Source of the DNA: Candidatus Eiseniibacteriota bacterium
GTDB taxonomy: Bacteria; Eisenbacteria; RBG-16-71-46
Direction: 5' to 3'
Length of the DNA: 29,079 nt
NCBI GenBank assembly: GCA_031364845.1
Contig: JANLWX010000229.1
Span: 1-29,079 of the forward strand
Shown: one piece after another, positions 8,048-16,700 of the stretch
Layout of the letters: each line of letters opens with the position of its first letter
Numbering within the stretch: the stretch's first letter is position 1
The notes under the pieces: model-generated
Databases searched by the model: none
What the model saw: only the letters and a program-made list of their open reading frames with translations
What the model was told of the DNA's origin: nothing
Made by a program: the position numbers and the translations under genes

Positions 8048-9319
8048 TTATTCCCCGGTCTTCCCGGCGATGGCCTTGTCCGGCTTCTTCTCGTTGTTGA
8101 TCTTCACCACGGCGCCGTTCCCGAGATCCTTGGAGATCGCGCGATAGCTGCCGGTGACGACTTCATCGCCCTGTGCGAGGCCTGCGAGGATTTCGATCAG
8201 GTCGTCGCTCTGGATCCCGGTCGTGACCTGGCGCGCGACGGCCTTGCCTTTGTCGATCACGAACACGACCTCGACGAACCCGTCACGGTCCGCTTTGTAC
8301 TTGGCTTCGGCGTCCTTGCGCTTCTCCCCCTTCGTGGTGAGCTGATCGACGGTCCGCACGGCGACGCTCTGCAGCGGCACGCTCAGCGCGTTCTCGTTGA
8401 TCCGCGTCATGATGTTCGCACTCGCGGTCATACCCGGCCGCAGCGTCTTCGGGGGATCGGTGATGCCGATCTTGATCTCGAATTCGGTCTTTTGTTCGGT
8501 GGTCCCCGCTGCCGAGAGGTTGGCGCTGCTGCTGATCTCGCGCACGATTCCGTGCAGCGTGGTGTCGAGCAGCGCGTCGACCTGGATCTCTGCGGCCTGT
8601 CCGATCGCGAGCGAGACGATGTCGTTCTCGTCCACGTTCACCTGCGCTTCCATCTCCGACAGGTCGGCGATCACCATGATGACGTCCGCCTGGAACTGGG
8701 ATCCGAGCGCGATCTCGCCGGCCTCTTTGTTGAGCTCGCTGACGATGCCCGCCATCGGCGAGTAGATCGTCGTCTTGGACAGATCGTCGCGCGCCTGTTT
8801 GAGCGTGGCGCGCGCCTGGAGCACCTGCTCGAGCGCGGACTTGTGGCGCGCGGTCTCGACCTGATGCTCGGTCTGCTTGGTGTCGAACGCCGACTGCGAT
8901 TCGAGTCCCTTGGAGAGCAGTTCCTGCGAGCGCGCGAACTCGCGGCCCGCGCGTTCCATGTTCTGGCGAACCAGCGTCGCGTTGGCCTGCGCCGAGCTGA
9001 CATTGGCTTCGGCGCTCTCGACGGCGGCGATGTAGCGCTCGCGGTCGAGCGCCACGAGCAGCGCGCCCTTCTCGACCCACTGGCCCTCGACCACCGACAG
9101 CGTGCGGATCTTGGCACTCACATCGGCGCTGATCTTGACCTGGGTCCGCGGCTGGATCTTTCCGGTGGCACTCACCTTCTGAACGATCTTCTGCCGGTCG
9201 GCCTTGGCGGTCTGCACCTCGAGGCCCTTGTCACCGCGCCCTCGCAACACAGCACCGGTCGCGACCGTTCCCACCACCACCAGGGACGCGGCGCCGATCA
9301 ACAACCACTTCTTCTTCAT
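8048..9319 (-). CDS. MacA/HlyD-family periplasmic adaptor (membrane fusion protein)
   Basis: N-terminal membrane anchor; SATGKIQP; lipoyl-like VVEGQWVEKGALL; coiled-coil hairpin; TTIYSPMAGIV; LRPGMTA; GLAQGDEVVTG. Confidence 0.93.
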   Translation of the reverse strand: MKKKWLLIGAASLVVVGTVATGAVLRGRGDKGLEVQTAKADRQKIVQKVSATGKIQPRTQVKISADVSAKIRTLSVVEGQWVEKGALLVALDRERYIAAVESAEANVSSAQANATLVRQNMERAGREFARSQELLSKGLESQSAFDTKQTEHQVETARHKSALEQVLQARATLKQARDDLSKTTIYSPMAGIVSELNKEAGEIALGSQFQADVIMVIADLSEMEAQVNVDENDIVSLAIGQAAEIQVDALLDTTLHGIVREISSSANLSAAGTTEQKTEFEIKIGITDPPKTLRPGMTASANIMTRINENALSVPLQSVAVRTVDQLTTKGEKRKDAEAKYKADRDGFVEVVFVIDKGKAVARQVTTGIQSDDLIEILAGLAQGDEVVTGSYRAISKDLGNGAVVKINNEKKPDKAIAGKTGE

Positions 9320-9380
9320 GGTCGGAAAGTCTCCAAGAATGGGTGCATCGAGGGTGCGCCGTGTGCCGGTATGGATCCAA

Positions 9381-9408
9381 GTACGGGGTGGGGCGCCGGA
9401 AAGTTACT
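9381..9408 (-). promoter_or_regulatory. Putative ECF sigma promoter for the adaptor-permease operon
   Basis: Minus strand GTAAC-N17-CGTAC, about 60 nt upstream of the adaptor ATG; matches the general ECF AAC...CGT architecture. Confidence 0.55.
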
Positions 9409-9550
9409 CCATTCCCCCCGCGGCCGGTGTCGACTCACCAGGATTCGTCGGCGGTCGGCCCATAGATGGGTCATCGGCATCGCGGCGGGCGGCCCTGGCT
9501 CGTCGGGGACGCGGATGGTCTGCCGCGATCCGCCAAGTGTCTTCGCCTCG

Positions 9551-10741
9551 CTATCGCTTCGCAAACAGGTATTCGAGGATGCGATCGATGCGCGCCGCCC
9601 ACGCACGCTCATTGTGCGGCGCGCCTTCCACCTCTTCATAGTGGAGGTCCCGGTCCTGGCGCCAGCCCTTTGCTTCGAGGGCATCGTGCAACAGGCGCGC
9701 ATGATCCAGCCACAGGCGCTCACCCGAAGCCGAGGGCGTGCTTTCTGCAGTCCCGATGTCGAGCCAGATGCGCAACGGCGGTTTCGTTCCGGCGCGGACA
9801 CGCTCGACGATCGCACGGTCCGCCCACCACACCGCCGGGGAGACGCATCCGATGAGGCCGAATCGCTCCGGATGCGCGAGGCCGAGATCTAGCGCCGCCA
9901 GTCCTCCGAGCGAAGATCCGATCACCGCCGTCTGCTGCGGCTCCCGGCGCGTGCGATAGGTCTTGTTCACGAACGGCTGAAGTTCTTCGACGATGAATCG
10001 GAAATACGCGGCGGAGCTTCCGCCCCCGCGGCGCTCATCCTTTTCGGACGTGTACTCATCAAGGCGCGCACCCGTGTTGGAGATCGCCACCATGATGACA
10101 GGCGGAATCCTGCCCGCGCGGATCAGGCGGTCGGCCGCTTCGTCGGCGCCCCACTCGGCCCCGATGAAGCTCGTCGCTTCGTCGAACACGTTCTGTCCGT
10201 CATGGAAGTAGACGACCGGATAGCGGAGCTTCGTGTCGCGCGCGTAGCCCGGCGGAAGCCAGACCCTCACATCCCGTGGGCCCACGAAGGCCGACGTGAA
10301 CGCCTCGTGCAGGCGCACGGTTCCGGTGATCGTGTGCGCGCGCGGCTTGGAAGACTCGGTCTGATCGCGCCACGCGCCGATCTCCACGCGCAGCGTGTCC
10401 TCGCCTTCAGTTGTGGTTGCCCTGCGATTGGCGACCTCGCCGCCGTCCGCGGATTTCTCAACCGTCTCCCAGCTTCCACGCGTGACCTTGTATTCGAAGC
10501 TCGTCCCTGCGGGGAGCACGAGATGCCCGCGCCACGAGCCATCGGGAGCCGGATCGAGCTTCAGACCCTTGCCATTCCAGGCGCCGAGTTCGCTGCGATC
10601 ACCCGACAGCCACACCTGCGCGTCTTTGGGAGTATTCGTGGGCACGCGAACGATGAACGTGACGCCTGCTGCCCGCGCTGCGGGGATCACCGACGCGCCC
10701 GCAAGGACGAGGAGCAGTGGGATCTGTGCGACAAGGGGCAC
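9551..10741 (-). CDS. Exported alpha/beta-hydrolase (putative esterase family) with N-terminal CBM20-like domain
   Basis: Signal peptide; CBM20-like VTFIVRVPTNTP...LGAWN...FEYKVTRGSW; esterase motifs YPVVYFHDGQN, GSSLGG nucleophile elbow, HNERAW. GTG start is uncertain. Confidence 0.88.
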   Translation of the reverse strand: MPLVAQIPLLLVLAGASVIPAARAAGVTFIVRVPTNTPKDAQVWLSGDRSELGAWNGKGLKLDPAPDGSWRGHLVLPAGTSFEYKVTRGSWETVEKSADGGEVANRRATTTEGEDTLRVEIGAWRDQTESSKPRAHTITGTVRLHEAFTSAFVGPRDVRVWLPPGYARDTKLRYPVVYFHDGQNVFDEATSFIGAEWGADEAADRLIRAGRIPPVIMVAISNTGARLDEYTSEKDERRGGGSSAAYFRFIVEELQPFVNKTYRTRREPQQTAVIGSSLGGLAALDLGLAHPERFGLIGCVSPAVWWADRAIVERVRAGTKPPLRIWLDIGTAESTPSASGERLWLDHARLLHDALEAKGWRQDRDLHYEEVEGAPHNERAWAARIDRILEYLFAKR

Positions 10742-10898
10742 GAGGCTCTCGGGATGGAGTGAAGGGGTGGCGGAGGACGTTTGGGAACGGCGTGCCGGTA
10801 GCGTTTGGACCAGCGGAGTTCGATGGATCGGGCGTCACGTTATCACGCGTCCGCGACCGGCACACGATCGGAGCCCGGACTCGATGGCCCGGGGCCTG

Positions 10899-13340
10899 TC
10901 ACTCGGGGCGTGGCGCGTAAGTCGACGTGTCCTCGGCGGTGTATTCGAAAGTAGTCGAATCGTGTTCGGTGTCGTCGACGATCCACAGCGAGTCCTCGGG
11001 GTATGCGGAATCGCCGTACGCCGTCTCGTAGTCGAACGACTCGTAGGGCACGCAGGTCGAAAGGGGCGCGGTGCCCGGCAGGAACGGCGTGAGTTCGCCG
11101 GTGCCGGCCGAATCCGCGAGGCATCCGCTCCACGGATTCATGTCCGCCCACTCGAGGTGCGAGGCGTCGAGAAACGGCGCGGGCGGAAATCCTTCGAGCA
11201 TCCGTCCGACGGTTCGCGCCCACAGCGGTATCGCCGAGTGTGCCGCGGCGCGACCGATGCTGCGCGGGCGGTCATAGCCGACCCACACGCCGCCCACGAC
11301 GTGCGGGGTGATGCCCACGAACCACGCGTCGTGAAAGTCGTTGCTGGTTCCGGTCTTCCCTCCCAGCGGCCTCGCCATGCCGTACACGGTGCGCAGCGGA
11401 CTCGCGACCCCGTAGCGCACGATGTTCTGCAGCAATCCCGTCATCAGCGCCGCGATGCCCGGCGGAATGGCTTGAGTGGCTTCGAGCGACGGACCCGCGA
11501 CGCGGACCCCACGGCGATTGAGCACGAGCCGCAGCGGCGACGGATGGTGCAGCATGCCCGCGGTCTGAAACGCCGCGTAGGCGTTGGTGAGATCGAGCAG
11601 CGTGACTTCGTTGCTGCCGAGGCCGATGCTCAGCACTGGCTTGAGCCGGCCGAGTCCGAAGCGCTCAGCGACGTCGACGACCGCGTGAGGACCGATCATC
11701 TCGACGAGACTCGTGGTGGCGACGTTCAGCGACTTCTCGAGCGCCTTGGCGAGTGTCACTTCCGGGTGGTAAGTGCCGTCGAAGTTGCGCGGTCTCCACG
11801 CCTGACGCCCGCGGCCGTATGTGACCTGCGTGTCCGCGACCGTGGTCGCGGGTGTGATCCCGCGTCCACTCGCGAACGCTGCCGCGTACACGAACGGCTT
11901 GATCGCCGAGCCTGGCTGTCGTCGCGCCTGATAAGCGCGATTGAAATGGCCGGTTTCACTCGTCCGCCCGCCAACCATCGCGAGCACGGAGGAACGTGAC
12001 GGATCGAGTGCCACAAATGCGCCTTCGAGACGATCGCGCCTTCTGCCGGGATCGAGCTTCGCGAGTCCCGACTCCATCGCGTCCTCCGCCAGCTCCTGCC
12101 ACGCGAGATCCATCGTCGTGAAGATCGAGAGGCCGAAGTGCGTCCCCGCGCGGGGCCGGATGAGTTGGTCGAGGACGTGGTTCACGTAGCCCGCATACGA
12201 TGGGAACCGTTCCGCCGGTGTTGTCCCGCGCCGCAGTCCGAGCGGCGTCTGGCCGAGTCTCGCGCTTTCGCCCGGGCGCAGATGCCCCACCCGTTCGAGT
12301 TCCTCCAAAACCGTGTTGCGGCGCAGCCGGACCGGCTCCGGATTCTCGAAGGGAGTATGGACGTTGGGTGCGGGAATCATCGACGCGAGCATTGCGCCTT
12401 GAACGACACTCAGAGACTCGACCGGCACATCGAAGTACCACTGAGCCGCCGAGGCGATCCCGCCGATCGAGTAGGCGCCGGCCTGTCCCCAGTAGACCGA
12501 GTTGAGATACATCTCGAGAATTTCGTCTTTCGAGAGCACGACTTCGAGACCCAGCGCGAGCGGAACTTCCGCGAGCTTTCGAAACCACGTGCGTTCGCGT
12601 CCGAGGAACAGGCCGCGCGCGAGCTGCTGCGTGATCGTGCTGCCACCCTGACGGGTACTGCCTTTCTTCATGTTCATCGCGAACGCGCGTGCGATTCCGC
12701 GCACGTCCAGCCCGGGATGGCTGTAGAAACGCCGATCCTCTGAGGTCACGATCGCGCGTCGCACGGCAAGCGGGATGCGCTCGAGCGGCACCCGCATGCG
12801 CCACATGAGATCGTCGTCGAACAGCATCGACACCAGCACCGGCTCGAGGCGCGGCGGATGCGCGAGGTCGGGCCGCGGCGAGTGGCCAATTCCGCCGATC
12901 CGCTCGACCTGGACGATGCTGCCGCCGTCGGTTGTTACGACCACGTGCTCCGGACCCCCGCTTCCTTCAGGGTCCGGCGGATCGGAAAATCCACGCAGCA
13001 CGATCTCGAACCGGTGGCCAGAGTACGTGTAGCGGCCCGGCGTGAGCGACAACGAGCGCTCTTCCAGATATCCGCGCGCCGCGAGCTGGGAGCGCAGATA
13101 GATGTCGGGAACGGTCGTGCCTTCCACCAGGGGCACGCCACTCGAGTACATACGCGAGGGAAACGACCAGTTGGGCCCGGCCGCGCGCTGATCTCGCAGG
13201 GCGAACACCCGTCCTGCGAAAAGTGCGAGAGATATCCCGATCGCGCCGGCAGTCACGGCAAGGGCAATGAGCAACGTCGATGGACGGATTCTAGGGAACC
13301 GAAAGAGCATGGGGCGGTCGGAAGGCACCTTGCGTGCCAT
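10899..13340 (-). CDS. mrcB: Class A penicillin-binding protein (transglycosylase/transpeptidase), PBP1B-like
   Basis: N-terminal TM; UB2H-like segment (LAARGY...PGRY); GT51 motifs EDRRFYSHPG, GGSTITQQL, RKLAE, KDEILEMYLN; transpeptidase SAIK, SLN, KTG. Alternative start 13310. Confidence 0.88.
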   Translation of the reverse strand: MARKVPSDRPMLFRFPRIRPSTLLIALAVTAGAIGISLALFAGRVFALRDQRAAGPNWSFPSRMYSSGVPLVEGTTVPDIYLRSQLAARGYLEERSLSLTPGRYTYSGHRFEIVLRGFSDPPDPEGSGGPEHVVVTTDGGSIVQVERIGGIGHSPRPDLAHPPRLEPVLVSMLFDDDLMWRMRVPLERIPLAVRRAIVTSEDRRFYSHPGLDVRGIARAFAMNMKKGSTRQGGSTITQQLARGLFLGRERTWFRKLAEVPLALGLEVVLSKDEILEMYLNSVYWGQAGAYSIGGIASAAQWYFDVPVESLSVVQGAMLASMIPAPNVHTPFENPEPVRLRRNTVLEELERVGHLRPGESARLGQTPLGLRRGTTPAERFPSYAGYVNHVLDQLIRPRAGTHFGLSIFTTMDLAWQELAEDAMESGLAKLDPGRRRDRLEGAFVALDPSRSSVLAMVGGRTSETGHFNRAYQARRQPGSAIKPFVYAAAFASGRGITPATTVADTQVTYGRGRQAWRPRNFDGTYHPEVTLAKALEKSLNVATTSLVEMIGPHAVVDVAERFGLGRLKPVLSIGLGSNEVTLLDLTNAYAAFQTAGMLHHPSPLRLVLNRRGVRVAGPSLEATQAIPPGIAALMTGLLQNIVRYGVASPLRTVYGMARPLGGKTGTSNDFHDAWFVGITPHVVGGVWVGYDRPRSIGRAAAHSAIPLWARTVGRMLEGFPPAPFLDASHLEWADMNPWSGCLADSAGTGELTPFLPGTAPLSTCVPYESFDYETAYGDSAYPEDSLWIVDDTEHDSTTFEYTAEDTSTYAPRPE

Positions 13341-13479
13341 GCTTCTGGCGAGGGCCGTGGCAGGGATTGCTGGCGGGCGCGTGGTTGAAGAGGCCTGGGA
13401 TGATGAAAGGACCGGGCAAGTCCTACAATGAGACGCTGGATCTGGGGCGCGTCAGAGGCTCCATCCTGATATTTTCCCC

Positions 13480-13508
13480 TTACGCCGCCCATGACATACC
13501 CCTATACT
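13480..13508 (+). promoter_or_regulatory. Possible sigma70 promoter for the giant PKD protein gene
   Basis: TTACGC-N17-TATACT in the AT-richer divergent intergenic region; the -35 match is weak. Confidence 0.3.
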
Positions 13509-13735
13509 TCCCTCGGTGAAGCGAAGATTGTTGTCGGGCGTTTTCAGGCGTTTCGGGCCGCCGTAAGTCGTTGAGCCCGAGCGAAGGGACTTGGCGCTCC
13601 CAGCCCATAAACAATCTTCGCCTCACCACATCACCAAGAACAGCCACGAAATACTGGAAGTCGTTGGCTCGGTTTGCTTTGGTTCACCTCGCTCGTCACC
13701 TGGAAACCGTCAACACTCCGATTCGTGGGCCCTCC

Positions 13736-16700
13736 ATGACCTCGCTCATCGCTGCATATCGCCGCTCAGTTTCGTCGTGCCCGCGTTGGCTGAAGATTGC
13801 GGCACTGGCTATTGCCTGCTCGTTATCGGCGTTCACGACCGCAGGCGCCATCACGCTCGAATCCCGTCCCGCCGTCTCCTCGGATGATGCCGAGGAAGGC
13901 CCGAGCGGGTCGGTCAATCTGACTAGCAGCGATCTCGAACTCGTGGTGGATGGAACTTCCACTCAGACGGTCGGAATCCGCTGGCCCGCGGTCACCATCC
14001 CCGCCGGCGCGACGGTAACGGCCGCCTACATCCAGTTCGCCACTGACGAGGCGCAGAGCGAGGCCACGAACCTCGTGATCCGCGGTCTCGCCGCGGACAA
14101 TGCTCCGACCTTCGCGACGACCTCGGCCAATGTATCGTCCCGGGTCCGCACCACCGCCTCGGTCGGCTGGGCGCCTTTGGGGTGGTCGACGGTGGGACAG
14201 GCGGGCGCGAATCAGCGCACGCCGGATCTGGCCAACGTGATCCAGGAGATCGTGAACCGTCCCGGCTGGGCGAGCGGTAATGCGCTCGCGCTCGTCGTCA
14301 CGGGCACCGGACATCGCACGGCATATGCGGTCGACGGCAGCGCGACGCTCGCCCCGCTGCTGCACGTCGAGTACTCGACCGGGCCGCCGCCCCCGGACTT
14401 CGCGCCGGTGGCGGGTCTTTCCGTGACGCAGAACGCCTCGCCGTTTCTCACGGTGACCGCCAACGGATCGACGTCGACCGACACCGACCTCACCCCGATC
14501 GCGAGCTACACATTCGACTTCGGCGACGGTTCGCCGCCCGTCACGACCCAGGCCCCGACCGCGACGGCGACCCATACGTATGCGGCCGCGGGAACCTACA
14601 CGGTGTCGTTGATCGCGACCGACACGGGATCGCAGGCTTCGACGCCCGCGACGGCGGACATCACGGTCGCGGCGCCGCCCGACGCTCCGCCGACGGCACG
14701 CCTGGCGGTGACTCAGACCGCGCCCCTCACGGCGCGCGCCGACGCTTCGGCGTCCAGGGACAGCACCGACCTCACGCCGATCGCGAGCTACTCGTTCGAC
14801 TTCGGCGATGGATCAGCTCCCGTCGTCGTGTCTGCTCCCACGGCGGTTGCAACGCACGTCTACGCGGTTGCCGGCCCGTACGTCGTCACGCTGATCGTGA
14901 CGGACACGGCGAACAACAGTTCCGCGCCCGTTACGGCCGGTATCACGGTGGACGAGCGTGTGGCGGGCTCGACTGAACGGCGGATTGCGGCATCGAGTGA
15001 CGATGCCGAGGAGCCGACCGGTGGTTCGGTGAACCTGTCGAGCAGCGATCTCGAGTTGATCATGGACAGCACGGCGCAGACGGTCGGCATGCGCTGGACC
15101 GCGCTCGCGATCCCGGCGGGTGCGACGATCGAGGCGGCCTACGTCCAATTCGCGGCCCGCGAAGCGCAGACCGAAGTGACGAATCTCGTGATCCGCGGCC
15201 AGGCGGCCGACAACCCCGCCACCTTTACGAGTGCCGCCGGCAATGTCTCGGCGCGTGCGCGCACCACCGCATCGGCCAGTTGGTCGCCGGCGGCATGGAT
15301 CGCGAACGCGGCGGGCGCGGCGCAACGCACGACGGAACTCAAAAGTGTGATCCAGGAGATCGTGAATCGTCCGGGCTGGGCGAGCGGCAATGCGCTGGCA
15401 CTCATCGTTACCGGGACCGGGCACCGCACCGCGTTTTCGATTGACGGGAGTGCGGCGCTGGCTCCGCTGCTGCATGTGGATTTTTCGACCGGCCCGCCGC
15501 CTCCGGACTTTCCGCCGGTCGCGGGTTTGAGCGTGGCCCAGATCGCTTCGCCGTTCCTCACGGTGACCGCCAATGGTTCGACGTCGACCGACGGCGATCT
15601 CACGCCGATCGCGACTTATCGATTCGACTTCGGCGACGGAACGACCGCCGTGACGACGACCGCACCGACCGCGACGGCGACGCACACGTATGCGGCGGCG
15701 GGACCGTACACAGTGCAGTTGATCGCCACCGACACCGCGGCGCAGCCTTCATCGCCGGTGACGGCGGACATCACGGTGGTTGCACCGACCGATGTCCCTC
15801 CCACGGCGGGACTGTCCGTGACTCAGACCGCGCCGCTCACGGCGCGCGCAGACGCATCCACATCGACCGACAGCACGGACCTCACACCGATCGCGAGCTA
15901 CACCTTCGACTTCGGCGACGGCACCCCGCTCGAAACCACGACCGCCCCGACCGCGATCGCGACGCACACGTATGCCGTGGGTGGCACGTACCTCGTGACC
16001 CTTATCGTCACCGACTCCGGAAACAATGCCTCGTCGCCCGTGAGCACGAACGTCACCGTGGACGATCGCATCGCGGGATCGGTCGAGCGACGCATCGCGG
16101 TATCGAGCGACGACGCGGAAGAACCGACCGGAAGTTCGGTGAACCTGTCGAGCAGCGATCTCGAGCTGATCATGGACGCATCGGCCCAGACCGTCGGTCT
16201 GCGCTGGACCGGCATCACGATTCCACGGGGTGCGACGATCGAGGCGGCGTATGTTCAATTCGCAGCTCGCGAGGCGCAGACCGAAGCGACCGATCTCGTG
16301 ATCCGTGCCCAGGCGGCCGACAATCCGGTCACCTTCACGACGGCGGCGGGCAATGTCTCGACGCGCGCGCGCACCACCACCTCGGCCAGCTGGGCACCGG
16401 CGGCATGGACGGCGAATGCGATCGGCGCAGCGCAACGGACCTCCGATCTCAAGAATGTGATCCAGGAGATCGTGAACCGTCCCGGCTGGACGAGTGGCAA
16501 CGCGCTCGCGCTCATCATCACCGGCACCGGTCACCGCACGGCATGGGCGATCGATGGGCAACCCGCCAGCGCTCCGTTGCTGCACGTGGACTACTCCGTG
16601 GGTCCCCCGCCGCCCGAGAATCCGCCGGTCGCCGGATTGACGTTGACGCAACTGGCATCGCCGCCGTTGACCGTCACCGCGGACGGATCGACGTCGACCG

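Noticed and set aside
7895..9892. 665-aa plus-strand ORF
   Set aside because: Antisense to the clearly recognisable adaptor and esterase genes
10395..11999. 534-aa plus-strand ORF
   Set aside because: Antisense to the esterase and PBP genes; no recognisable domain
13666..13680. TGGCTCGGTTTGCT as a sigma54 promoter for the giant PKD gene
   Set aside because: GG-to-GC spacing is 8 nt rather than the required 10
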